From NCBI RefSeq assembly GCF_902713615.1, contig NC_052146.1, forward strand, positions 144,377,875 to 144,441,874: DNA of 64,000 nucleotides, given 5' to 3'. A program made the translations under genes and the position numbers. Position 1 is the first letter of the stretch. The number at the start of each line of letters is the position of its first letter. The DNA comes from Scyliorhinus canicula. Lineage: Eukaryota. This document shows, in pieces, positions 1 through 11,816 of this stretch. Under the pieces are notes generated by a model, which did no database searches, was not told where the DNA came from, and worked only from the letters and a program-made list of their open reading frames with translations.

Positions 1-467
1 GGGACGTGGGTGTCACTGGTTCGGCCAACATTTATTGCCCATCCCTAATTTTCCTTCAGTAGATGGTGGTGAGTTGTCTCCTTGAACCACGGCAGTCCCT
101 GTGCTGTTAAGGAGGGTGTTTTAGGATGTTGACCCAGCAACAGTGAAGGAACAGCAATATATTTCCAAATCAGAATGGTGACTAGCTTCCAGATGGTGGT
201 GTCCCCATGTTTCTGCTGTCCTTGTCCTTCTAGATGGTAGTAGTTGTTGGTTTGAAAGGTACTGTCTAAGGAGGGCTGTTGAATTACTGCAGTTCATCTT
301 GTAAATGGTATGTATACACTGTTATTACTGTGCATCAGTGGTGGTGGAAAGAGTGAATGTTTGTGAAAGTGGTGCCAATCAAGCAGGCTGCTCTCTCCTG
401 GATGAGGTTGAACTTCTTAAGTGTTGTTAGAGCTGTACGCATCCAGGCAAGTGGACAGTATTCCATT
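1..467 (-). mobile_element. 3' portion of an old CR1/L2-type LINE, split by the Gypsy insertion (resumes about 4775-4890)
   Basis: Begins with the reverse complement of the tail ...AATTAGGGATGGGCAATAAATG..., also seen at 53915-53965. The LINE-like sequence continues after 4774. Confidence 0.7.
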
Positions 468-780
468 TGTTGGAACCAACAATTCTACGGACACGTGTAG
501 GATTAGAATAGTGGTTTTAATATACTTACAACAGAGCCAGCCTGTTAGCCGTTGAACTTTCGGTGAACTGGCCGGCTGACCCTGTGGCACTGATCGTTAT
601 ACAGCAGCTCCCGGGGGAGGTGTCCTGGGCGGAGCCAAGGGAGGAGCCCCATACAACTCTCAAGCATTCCCAGAGCTACTCCCCCTGGAGGTCAGATAGT
701 GCAACTGCACTTACAATATACTTACAACATAGACACATGTATATACAGGTTATGATCCGGTGTGAATCACACTCACCACA
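468..780 (-). repeat. Complete 3' LTR (313 bp) of Gypsy element 1
   Basis: 608-780 matches 4602-4774 with 8 substitutions in 173 bp. A degenerate PPT-like tract adjoins it at about 781-795. The minus strand has a GC box, a TATAA-like motif and ATTAAA (516-521). Confidence 0.93.
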
Positions 781-822
781 AACACCCCCAGTGAAAAATT
801 CAAGTCCAGCGGGGGTGGTGGC

Positions 823-3604
823 TCACAGAGTTAGTCTGTCCGGTGGACGAATTGTTCTTTTCGATCTGCGGAGCACCGGGGTTGCAGCTTCTTGCGGTGG
901 CTGGGTGTGTGTTAAGAGCTGGGGTACGATGGCAGACTCCGGGGCGGGTCTCGTGCGAACTTTATACACCTCTGGCTCGACCGGAGACTGGGGGCGGGCT
1001 GGTTCTGGCGCGTGGAACCGGTGGGGTGAGCTTGCAGGATCGGGGGCGCGAGGGGGCGGCAGCATAGGGAACGGGGTAAGGGGGGGGGGGGCTGGATCCA
1101 GCGGGTGCCAGGTCCCGAAGGGAACTGTGTCCTGGCGACCGTCCGGGAACTCCACGAATGCATACTGGGGGTTGGAATGGAGGAGGTGCACCTTTTCAAC
1201 AAGGGGGTCAGTTTTGTGCCCCCTGACGTGCTTCCTCAGGAGGACCGGGCCTGGTGTCCTCAGCCACACCGGAAGTGAGACTCCTGTGGTAGTGCCCCTA
1301 GGAAAAATGAAGAGTTGCTCGTGAGGGGTTTGATTTGTAGCTGTACAGAGGAGGGATCTGATAGTGTGGAGCGCGTCTGGGAGGACCTCTTGCCATTGGG
1401 AGACTTGGAGTTTTCTAGACTGGAGGGTCAGCAGGACGGTCTTCCAGACCGTCGCATTCTCCCTCTCCACCTGCCCGTTCCCCCTGGGGTTGTAACTGGT
1501 AGTCCTGCTCGAGGCGATGCCCTTGTCGAGCAGGTACTGACGCACCGCGTCGCTCATAAAGGACGACCCCGGTCGCTGTGCACGTAGCTGGGGAAACCGA
1601 ACAGGGTGAAGACACGATGCAGGGCCCTAATGACTGTGTGGGAGGTCATATCGGGGCATGGAATGGCAAAAGGGAATCGGGAGAACTCGCGATGATGTTG
1701 AGGAAATAGATGTTCTTGTTAGTGGAGGGGAGTGGCCCTTTGAAATCGATCACAAGGCGTTCAAAGGGCCTAGAAGCCTTGACCAGGTGGGCCCTGTCTG
1801 GTCTATAGAAGTGCGGTTTGCACTCCGCACAGATCGGGCAGTCCCTGGTGACCGCTTTTACCTCCTCGTTGGAGAAAGGCAGGTTTCGGGCTCTGATGTA
1901 GTGGGCGAGCCAGGTGACCCCTGGATGGCAGAGGTCCACGTGGATGGCTTTCAGACGGCTGATCTGCGTGCTGGCGCATGTCCCGCAGGATAGGGCATCT
2001 GATGGCTCGTTGAGCTTCCCCGGTCGATATTTAATATCGTAACTATAGGTAGAGAGTTCGATCCTCCACTGAAGGATTTTATCATTTTTTATTTTGCCCC
2101 TTTGCGAGTTGTCAAACATAAAGGCAACCAATCGTCGGTCGGTGATGATGGTGAACCTCCTACCTGCGAGGTAGTGCCTCCAGTGACGAACAGCCTCCAC
2201 GATGGCTTGCGCTTCCTTCTCGACTGAGGAGTGTCGGAGTTCTGAAGCGGATAGGGTACGGGAAAAATATGCAACGGGCCTCCCTGCCTGATTTAAGGTG
2301 GCTCCTAGCGCTACCTCTGAGGAGTCGCTCTCAACCTGAAAGGGAGTGGATTCATCCACCGCCCGCATGGCTGCTTTGGCGATGTCCTCCTTGATGCAGC
2401 TGAAGGCCTGCCGCGCCTCAGCAGACCGGGGAAATCGTGTGGCCTTAAAGAGTGGGCGGGCTTTGTCCGCATATTGGGGGACCCACTGGGCGTAGTATGA
2501 AAAGAACCCCAAGCACCGTTTGAGGGCCTTGGGGCAATGAGGGAGGGGGAGTTCTAAGAGGCGGCATACAGTCCGGGTCTGGGCCCAGGACTCCGTTCTC
2601 CACGACGTAGCTGAGGATGGCCAGTCTGTGCGGAAAATGCATTTCTCCTTGTAATAAGTGAGATTTAATTTCTGTGCCGTTTGGAGAAAACGGTGGAGGT
2701 TGGCGTCGTGGTCCTGCTGGTCATAGCCGCAGATGGTAACATTGTCCAGATACGGAAACGTGGCCCGCAGCCCGTACTGGTCTACCATTCGGTCCATTAC
2801 TCGTTGGAACACCAAAACCCCGTTGGTGACGCCGAAGGGAACCCAGAGGAAGTGGAAGAGGCGGCCATCGGCCTCGAACGCCGTCTAGTGGCGGTCCTCT
2901 GGGCGGATTGGGAGCTGGTGCTATGCAGACTTCAGATCCACCGTGGAAAATAGCCGATATTGGGCGATCTGATTAACCATGTCTGCAATTCTGGGGAGGG
3001 GATACGCGTCTAGGAGCGTAAAGCGATTTATGGCCTGGCTCTAATCGACGACCATGCGAAATTTTTCCCCGGTCTTGACGACCACCACCTGAGCTCTCCA
3101 GGGACTATTACTGGCCTCTATGATCCCCTCACTGAGCAGCCGTCGGACCTCCGATCGGATAAAGACCCTATCTTGTAGGCTGTATCGCCTGCTGCGAGTA
3201 GCTACTGGCTTGCAATCTGGAGTGAAATTGGCGAAGAGAGGAGGGGGGGAGATGTGCAGCGTGGCGAGGCTGCAGATAGTGAGTGGGGGCAGGGGCCCGC
3301 CAAAGCTGAGGTTGAGGCTCTTGAGGTTGCACTGGAAATCCAGGCCTAATAAGAGTGGTGTGCAGAGGTCGGGCAGGACATAAAGTTTAAATTTAGAATA
3401 ACTAGCGCCTCGAATTGTGAGCGTAGCGACGGTGCGTCCTTGGATTTGGACTGAGTGGGAGCCCAAAGCGAGGGCGATACTTTGGGTCACCAGAAAAACA
3501 GAATGCGAACAGCGTCTTACCAGTTCTGGGTGTATAAAGCTCTTGGTGCTTCCGGAGTCAAAGAGGCATGGCGTGCTGTACCCGTTGATCTGGACCTCCG
3601 CCAT
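823..3604 (-). pseudogene. pol: Gypsy pol (protease, RT, RNase H, integrase) with stops and frameshifts
   Basis: Motifs: CLFDSGS protease; SNSPWRAQVVVV..FRMVVD* (stop at 3041-3043); PFGV..., FPYLDNVTICG; VESDSS...VEKEAQAIVEAV RNase H; H..HPG..CxxC zinc finger; DFKGP; YNPRGNGQVEREN; C-terminal LRRSKRTIRPPDRL. Confidence 0.95.
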
Positions 3605-4601
3605 CGAACTTCGCAGGTGCTTGGGGCGGGATTGATCCAGAGTGACCGCGTTGAGTTGCGAGCTGTGTGGGAGTGCCTGAGGAAGTCGTATTCTTCAGAT
3701 GAGCTTTCTGAGCATGCCGATGCAGATGGGGCCCGTGAATCGCATGTGGTGAGCGGCGAGGAAGATGACGGCCCCCATGAGTCGCACGTGGCCGGCCGCA
3801 TGGTGATGGTTTGCCAAGGTGGCGGCCCCCATGGACGCACATGGCGGGAGGGGGAGGAGTCGGGACGTAGGCCGCAGCGTTTCGTGCCCCGCGGGCCCAA
3901 TGGTGTTGGGAGCGATTTGTTCTCTCTGCAGGGGAGTTAAAATCTGGGGCCCTTTCCGTGAGGCACACTCTGGCATAGTAGCCTTTCTTCCCGCAGCTGC
4001 TGCAGGTCGCTGATCGGGCTGGGCAGTGCTGCCGCGGATGCTGGCTTTGGCCACAGAAATGACAGGCTGGGGCAGCTGAGTAGCTGGCTGGAGCAGCTGA
4101 GTAGCTGGCCGGGGCAGCAAAGTAACTGGCTTTGGCAGCGCGGTAGCTGGGGGGCCGTGCGGCACAGGCCTGGGGGGACTGTTGGTCAGGGGTCCACGAT
4201 GGGGTCGCGGGGTCTGCGGGAAACGACGTGAGGCTGCGGAAGGAAACTTCCATAGTGGTAGCAGCCTCCACAGTAGTGTCTAAGTCCTGGGCCCCCTTTT
4301 CTAGCAGTCTTTGGCGCACATAGTTAGACCTAAGGCCCGCTACGAAAACGTCCCGCACAGCAAGCTCCCTATGCTCAGCTGCGGTAACGGCTTGATAATT
4401 ACAGTCATTGGAAAGGTTGTTCAATTCCCTTACAAATTCGGCAAGCATTTGTGTAGGCCGCTGACGGCGATTTGTAAACACGTGGCGTGCATAAACCTCG
4501 TTAATGGGCCTAACGTACATTTTGTCCAGTATTGCCAGCGCCGCGGTGTAAGAACCGGCCGATTCAGCTGTGTGGAGATTCGGTGGCTTACCCTAGTAAG
4601 C
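3558..4601 (-). pseudogene. gag: Gypsy gag with two zinc knuckles, N-terminus deleted
   Basis: ORF 3558..4520 contains a capsid-like segment (FVRELNNLSNDCNY...RDVFVAGLRSNYVRQRLLE), CHFCGQSQHPRQHC and CSSCGKKGYYARVC. Confidence 0.9.
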
Positions 4602-4774
4602 CTCCCGGGGGAGGAGTCCTGGGCGGAGCCAAGGGAGGAGGCCCGTACAACTCTCAAGCATTCCCAGAGCTACTCCCCCTGGAGGCCAGATAGTGCAATT
4701 GCACTTACAATTTACTTACAATATAGACACATGTATATACAGGTTATGATCCGGTGTGAATCACATTCACCACA
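4602..4774 (-). repeat. Truncated 5' LTR of Gypsy element 1
   Basis: Identity to the 3' LTR stops at 4602, where the sequence joins directly into gag-coding DNA. No PBS is visible. Confidence 0.9.
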
Positions 4775-5180
4775 CCATTATACTCCTGACTTGTGCCTTG
4801 TAGATGGTTTGGAGAATCAGGAGGTGAGTTACTCTCCGCAAGATTCCTCATTTCTGGCCTGCTGTTGTGCCAACAATATTTATATGGCTATATATATCAT
4901 GTTTTGCGATTGTATTTTTTGGTTTATAACAATAATATTTTTTGTGACTCGCTTTAAATTTAGGGTAAACGAAGGGAGTCATACGATCTATTCTAGCATC
5001 ACCCTGACAGTGGTTTCATTGTTAGAAATAAAAGAAAGGCTCAGATTGTTTTACTGAGAGGAAGGTGCAAGATATTTATGCTTGAAATCAATTATCACAG
5101 TCTCTGAGGTATACCATGAGTAGAACCCCAGTCTCCCAAGATACCAGAATGGTGTTATCGACAAGGGTTGTAAACTGTGG

Positions 5181-5944
5181 TGTTATAATCTATCTATTTA
5201 CTTTAAGATGAAATAATTGGGATTAAAGATAACTAATTCACATTTCTACGTGGGAACAAAGCCATTGTGTTTCCTGTAGCCATGGGGAAGAGGGTTGAGG
5301 GTGCTATTTTTGCAATTAGGTTAAGGGCTCTCCTAAAAATAAAGAAACGTAACAGTTAGTGAGTTCACACTTTGGCCTTGGTGAGTCTGCAGCCATCTGA
5401 GAACAAAGAATAAGAGCAGCCAGGCCTACACTTTACGCAGAGAAAATGCTGACTCTATAGTTCACCATGCAGAACAAGATGAGAACTCGTACTCAGATTG
5501 AAGACTGAGTTTATGAGGATTTAAAGGAGGCTGGGAGATTCACCTAGCTTGGGAGAGGAAGGAACGGACTTACAACTTAACCTTCAGAGAGAAAGGCAAT
5601 TCTGGTATTGAGAAGCCACCTGGCTGGGAAAGTGAAAAGGAAGCAAGCTGTCTGGAATGGAAAATAATTTAGATTGCCTCCTGGAGGAGGAAGTGTCAAC
5701 TTAGTGGTTAATGTAGCATATAACCATAATGGGAGATTTTCATATGTGCTAGAAATTAAATGGGTGATCTCTTTTCTGTTGTTTAAAATATAAGTTGCCT
5801 GTAAAAAAATGGTGTTTTGCAAATCGCGTTTTTTGTTGCAGCAATAGTTTTAAAACATGGAATCTTGATGTTCCATTCTTTAGCAGTTTACTGGAAGTTT
5901 GGATTTCTCTTTAAAAGTTATCGGTCCCGGTAGAGATGTTAACA
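5181..5944. mobile_element. Possible old solo LTR
   Basis: TGTTA...TAACA inverted ends bound a block of about 760 bp. No convincing TSD. Confidence 0.35.
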
Positions 5945-6654
5945 AAATGTACAATTGTGGATTGATTTAGCAAAGGAGCAATATAATTACATTCCGTTGA
6001 AGATTGCTGAAAAACTTTAGTTAGATTTTCTAACATGCCTGTTCGAACATTTCTTTCCAACAGAGCACTCCTGATCAGATGTAAAGCCAGTCCAGTAACC
6101 TCTCACTGTTGGAAAACAGCAAAATAATTTTACACTTAATGTACAGCAGAGAAACAGGCCTACAAGGTGTATTCTTGCATTTACACTCCACAGGAGCATC
6201 CTTCCACCCATTCCAGTTAATGTTTCCTATTCCATGCCTGAACATTTTATTGATTTTTCTTTTTCCAGGTTAAAAGCTCTGGTACATTGTTTCCCCTTAG
6301 AATTCCAGCCTTTTCATTAGGAATTGTATGAACAGCGTCCTGAAAAATTGTCTGAAGTGTAGCTTCAACCATCTATTTTTTTCAGCACTCTCTTTAGATA
6401 CCCAAAAGGGACTGAGTAAATAAATTGCTTGTTTCTTGCCAAATCATGAAAAGCAAAGTTAAGTAACCAGGATTATTTATTGATGACACAACTACAGTTT
6501 GGGTACATGAGCGCTTAAGAGACATGAATGGATTTGGTCAGGGTTATTTAGCCGCTCAATAGTACTCAGAATTATGTGCCAAATTAGTAACATAAGCAAT
6601 TCAGTACATCACTTGTAAATCTACAATAAAGAAATGCTGAATATTATAGTAGCA

Positions 6655-6880
6655 ACCAAAGTATGAAACAAAAAATGCTGGATGAACTCAGCAGGTCTGG
6701 CAGCATCTGTGGAGAGAGAAACAGAGTTCACCTTTCAGGTCTATATGACACTTCCACAGAGCTGAAAAGTGATAGAAATATGATTAATTATATACTTGGA
6801 CAGCAGGATGGGGCAGAATAGAAAGTCAGTGACAGGTTAGTGTTAAGCAGAGATTGACAAAAATGTCATGGATATGAGAC
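6655..6880 (-). repeat. Penelope pLTR-like / MER6-like fragment
   Basis: CTCAGCAGGTCTGGCAGCATCTGTGGAGAGAG is shared with the terminus of the Penelope element at 62121-62230. Confidence 0.7.
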
Positions 6881-8117
6881 AAATTGCTCGATTCAACCAA
6901 AAGGGAACAAAGTTCCCTAGCGAATGTTTTCAGCCACATATTTCTTGGCGCTTGTAGTGCCGAGAAACATATGGCTATTCAACGCGACCCGCGTTGTATA
7001 AGGGGCCTAAATTGGGAACGCGAGACCAAGACCGCACGTAGCCCTGTTTTGTGGGGAACTCTACTCGCTGGAACTCCTGAGTGTAGCGAAAGATTAGGAT
7101 GCCATTTGGAATAGGTGCCATTTAAAAATGGTGTCCTGATCTCTCGCTACAACGGGGAGTTCTGGCGAGCAGAGCTCCCCATTGTAAAACATGGTGCCGG
7201 GGAGATCAGCCCTGGGATTTGGGGATGCAGATCTGGGAGGCTGCTAGGCACTGTGGAAACAGATCCATAGCCACTTTGAGTAGTCACAGAGACTATGGGT
7301 GCAGGAGATGGCACCGGCAATGCGTGGCACCGACACCAACACTGGTAGGGTGGCAACAGCAGTGGAGAGCCTGGTGCACATCAGCACAATTAGTGAAGGT
7401 GTCCAAGGCGTCATGGAGTCAGTGATAGCCATGACTGAGGGTCTCGACAGAATGTCTGCCTCACTGGGGGATGTCACCCAGTGACAGGCTGACCTTGATG
7501 AGGCTCTGCGGGACATGTACTGCTCTCAGCTGGGAATTACTGAGGCACTACAGAGCTTGTCCCAGTCACTGAGGGCGTCGACATCATGGTGCAGACCATG
7601 GGGAACCGCCAGGGCTGGCAAAGCCAGGTGATGAAAAGATAACTGAGGCTCGAACCAGCTGTCCCTGAACCCAATGTGAAATCCAGGGCCCTTTGGACAC
7701 CGAGAGGCAGGAGGCAGCAAATCTGGGCACAAATCCGGACCTATCCCATGGAGTGACGATGGTGGCCACCAGCTCCCCCGAGTTCCACCTTACTGATGAG
7801 ACTGGGTCTCACAGCCAGTACATGGGACAGGGCAGCACGGCTTTGTATGTGCTTCCGACAAGTGAGCCAGGGCCCTCTGGGTTTAGAGCCCCCAGAGGAC
7901 GCCCACCAGGGGTATCGAAGGCCACGCGATGTGGTAAGCAGCTGGCAGCCTCCACCTCAGATGTGTATCCTGGGGACACACCTAGACACAACAAACACTT
8001 TTGTGCACAACCAGCATGATACCTCTGTCACTTTTTACCGCGATGCAGGCCAACCTCCGAACACTGAGCCCATCTCACCAGGCATCTCCTCCTCCCCGTT
8101 GCACTCACCCACCCTCT

Positions 8118-8559
8118 TGTGACAATATGTATATAGTATGGTAAATGAAGGGTTAACAATTTAATGTGAATGCATCCAACCACCACAGGGTGATCAAGAG
8201 CATACACATGGATCACGTGATACCCTTGAATCAGGGAGTAGGAATTAGGCGGGTTAGAGAGTAGTCATGTTTTCAGAAGCTCTGGAGATATAATCATAGT
8301 GTCGTTTAGCTGTCGTCTTGTAAATCTTAGTTAGCAATTCAAATCTATTTCATTATCATAATAATAATCTTTATTGTCACAAGTAGGCTGACATTAGCAC
8401 TGCAATGAAGTCGCTGTGAAAAGCCCCGAGTCGCCACATTCCGGCGCGCCTGTTTGGCGTTTATAAATTAGCTTTGTTAAAAATATAGCTTGATTTTCTT
8501 TGTGAGACACTACACTTGAGGATGAAGTCATCCTCATCTATAAGGCAAAGAACATTATG
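8118..8559 (+). mobile_element. Solo LTR with a nested SINE tail (about 8357-8457, minus)
   Basis: Starts TGTGACA and is flanked by the 5-bp direct repeat CCTCT (8113-8117 and 8560-8564). It is an AT-rich block interrupting a GC-rich element. The 3' CA is mutated. Confidence 0.65.
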
Positions 8560-8620
8560 CCTCTGGCCGTGGATATGTTCCCGAAGCTTTGTCCCATCCC
8601 CTGGGTGTCAGATGTTGGCT

Positions 8621-8621
<1 letters not shown>

Positions 8622-8664
<43 letters not shown>

Positions 8665-8852
8665 GAACATAGAACATAGAACGATACAGCGCAGTACAGG
8701 CCCTTCGGCCCTCAATGTTGCACCGACATGGAAAAAAAACTAAAGGCCATCTAACCTACACTATGCCCTTATCATCCATATGCTTATCCAATAAACTTTT
8801 AAATGCCCTCAATGTTGGCGAGTTCACTACTGTATGTATGCGTGTGTGTGTG
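8622..8852. repeat. (TG)n microsatellite interrupted by a CR1/HER1 3' tail (about 8662-8830, minus)
   Basis: About 20 TG units, then (TAGAACA)n and ACAGGCCCTTCGGCCC. TG-like sequence resumes at 8831. Confidence 0.8.
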
Positions 8853-10482
8853 ATGTTGCCTCCTGCAATGTTCAGGTGCATTATACAGGCATCAAGGTGT
8901 GATTGGGATGCTCGGAAATGACTCCCACATGCTATATCGCCCGCCCACCCACGGGGATCCACTTGGGTTTGTGGAGTGCTCACTTAACCATGATTGCCAA
9001 TTTCCTATTAGTGACAGCCTTCAGCCACAGGGCCAGAGGCCTCAGCAGTCGTGGAAGTTATGGCTGGTCGGTGGGGCAAACTGGCAGGGACAAAGGTTGC
9101 CTCCGGAATGGATAAATACGATCCAGGCGTTGCCATGATGGTGCGATGCACGCTTGCCCCCCCCCCCCCCCCCCCCCCCCAGCACCTCTCCTCCTTCCCA
9201 TGGCAGCCAACTCTTGCAGAGGAACCCCCATCCCAGCCAAGGGTCCCCCACCCTCCACTGAGCACTGGCAAGCCCAGCACCCATGGGCTCTTTACCTGTG
9301 AGCAAAGATGGCTACGTACCTCCTCGGCTCCCCACGGAAGCCCTCCCGCCAGGTTCATGTTTTTAAAAAGGAGTAATGATTGGCGCCAGCGTGACCACTT
9401 GCTGGGGAGGCCGCTGAATGATGGGGAGGCTTTTGGATATTGGTGGCTCCAGTTAATTGTATGGAAATAGGGCTTAAGTGGTGATAATTGGTTTCTCGCC
9501 TTGCTATGGTGAGATCTCGATTTCGCCTACATGAGTGGGCCAGCTGCATCGCAAGCTGTTTGAAACCTGGCGCAGTTCTCGTTTTCTGCCTCATCCACAA
9601 TTCACCGGCCTCATTTAACTTGAGCGGAAGCGTAACGAGGATGGAGAATCGCGCCCCTTGAAATCTTTTGATTTAATTGCACCCAAAGTTTCGAGTCTGG
9701 ATGCCTCTTCGTTAAAGATGCGGTCAGATCTGTTGAGATTGTCCAGCATTTTCTGGTTTTGTTTCAGAAAGAGTCAGATTGAACTTTGGAACTAAGCACC
9801 TAGATAGCTAAGTTAATTTAATTTCATATAATTTTACTTTGAGTCATTGTCCTCAACTTTGCTTAGTTTTTATCCCTGTTTCTGCATTTAATTTAAATTC
9901 ACAAATCTTAACCTATTTGAAGATCACCAACTTTCTTCAGTTTCAGACGTACAACAATGCGAATTTGCTTCCTTTTTTGTTGAAGTACTAACATGCATCA
10001 CTAATGCACAGCAAAAAGCCTCTGCTTTGTCACCACATGCATTTTGCTATCCAGGTCTATTTTGGAATAATGCCAGTTTTGTGGGTGAAATGCCCTGTAA
10101 ATTGCCAATGTTTAAAATGGAGTTTTGGCTTTGAAGCTTCGCACAAAATGGACTTCAACTGTTGAATAAATGCTGAGAAGTAAGTTAATTCAAACAATTG
10201 TGCAAGCTTTTAGCCACAGAAATTCCAAGATAATTAAGCCATAAATACCTTTCAAGCTAAAAGCCATAAAATGCCTCAAATGCTGACCCCCAGGAAGAGT
10301 TGTTTATCTAACAGGTATCCTTCAGCATTGTTAAAACCCATTAACTCTGGACTCCATCATTCAGGGCAATAATTCGGTGATATAGATGAGACATTGCTCC
10401 ATTTGTGTGAAAAAAATCTCGAGGAGACAAAAATATACTTCAGTCCCATGATTTTGGCACACAGCGCAAAGTCTCACACCAA

Positions 10483-11199
10483 GGGTGTGATTTAATGGAA
10501 ATGAAACAGAGTCCCATTTTGGAGGGAAATTAAACAAAATCCCTTTACAGTGCGAGAAAGACCCCACTATTAAATGGAACTCTGCTTCATTTTAGGTCCT
10601 CGCCGAGGCCGGACTTAGGCTAATTTCCTGAGCCAACAAGCTTAGCTCCTCAGTGGAGGGGGATATTGACAAAAATGATACCCTGATCTCTGGACCCCCA
10701 CAACTTGGCCATCGTACCCCCCCCCCCCCCCCCCCCCCCACCCCATGCCCTCACCAATGAGGTGGTCCTCAAGCCCCCCGCAACCCATCTCATAGCTTCT
10801 CCGGGCCTGATACCCGGCATGGGTAATATGCCACCTGGGCACTTTGGCACTGCCTGACACCATGGCAGTGCCACCTGAGTGCCCTGGCACTCTCAGGGTG
10901 TCCAGGTGAAACTGCCAGGGTGACAGGCTGGCAGTGCCAAAGTTCCTAAATTTAATTGGGAGTGCCAGAGTGCCACCCTGCCCAGAGTCCGACCATCTGG
11001 GAGCCCACGATCACTTGGAGACTCCTCCATGTGCTGGTGTGCCTGGTCTGCATTTGTTGAAACTAGTGCTAAATGGCGCCCACCCATTGTGGACAGGATC
11101 CAGAAGTAATAAATGTAAAACTCGTGAGAGGCCTCTCATGAGATTTACTGGCCTCGCTGCATCCCGATTTGAGCACAACAAACTTGTTAGATCACGCCC
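10483..11199. mobile_element. Harbinger-type MITE
   Basis: Imperfect TIRs GGGTGTGATTTAA...TTAGATCACGCCC, an internal C23 tract and GGCA/TGCC-rich repeats. Confidence 0.7.
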
Positions 11200-11479
11200 T
11201 TTGTTTTTTATGGAGCATGGCCACCATATCTGGGTCAGCAATAAGTCTCTATGAGTAGTGGGCCTTCCAGATGACTTTTGCGAGGATCAGTCAACTACGT
11301 GAGCTAGTGCAGGATTGGTGTCCAGTTAGGTGCAAGGGGTGGGAGAAGCAGTCAGGGAGCTGAATGAGGACTGAGCATTTGGAAGGGCATGGGCAACATG
11401 CACAGTGGCAGGATTGCGTATCTGGGTAGCAAATTTGCAGAAATGAAAGGAGGAGGGTGATGGGATATCAGAAGAGGAA

Positions 11480-11685
11480 GGGGAACACCTTGGTTCACAA
11501 ACATGGCTTTTGAGGTCACGATGGAAGCTGTGAGGGCACCAAGGCAGGTGCGTCTTCCAGAGGAAATCAGCAAGCTTCACCAAATCTGGAGGAGACGGAG
11601 GAGGTGAGCAACCAAAAACGTGCTGTGGCAGATGTGGACCTGTGTTAGAAATGCTTCAACAACCTCTTCAGATGCAGCAGGTTGA
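11480..11685 (+). pseudogene. Remnant Myb/SANT-like (NAIF1/MSANTD-type) exon of a Harbinger element
   Basis: Reads GTPWFTNMAFEVTMEAVRAPRQVRLPEE and, after frameshifts, ..RKCFNNLFRCSR followed by a GT donor-like site. This resembles the PRFS..LEVL.EAV and QCRKRFNDL motifs. Confidence 0.55.
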
Positions 11686-11816
11686 GGGGCATGACATTTT
11701 CAACTGGCAATCATCACACTCTCACCTCCACAGCCTTCTCCAGTATATATATCCTGTCAAGCACTGTAGTTGCTACCACATACAAGAATGACCATATGGC
11801 TGCCACTAAAATACTA

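Larger units (their letters stand above)
468..4774 (-). mobile_element. Ty3/Gypsy LTR retrotransposon, decayed, with internally deleted 5' LTR and gag start
   Basis: TG...CA ends and a perfect 5-bp TSD CCATT (463-467 and 4775-4779). LTR copies lie at 468-780 and 4602-4774. Domain order is gag-PR-RT-RH-IN. Confidence 0.96.
6884..9656 (+). mobile_element. Internally deleted PIF/Harbinger element carrying a remnant of the Myb-like partner gene
   Basis: Right TIR GGAGAATCGCGCCC ends at 9656, and a degenerate left TIR lies near 6884. 7290-7990 translates to QEMAPAMRGTDTNTGRVATAVESL...VQGV, homologous to 17450-17620. Confidence 0.7.

Noticed and set aside
563-1324. 253-aa plus-strand ORF
   Set aside because: Antisense to the integrase and LTR of Gypsy 1; a GC-rich shadow frame with no domain.
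4311-5057. 248-aa ORF sharing a segment with ORF 563..1324
   Set aside because: The shared peptide is the LTR duplication. The ORF crosses gag, LTR and LINE boundaries.
6255-6340. Strong plus-strand splice-acceptor-like site (ttttctttttccAG)
   Set aside because: Opposite strand to the CSMD exon, with no recognisable peptide or convincing donor.
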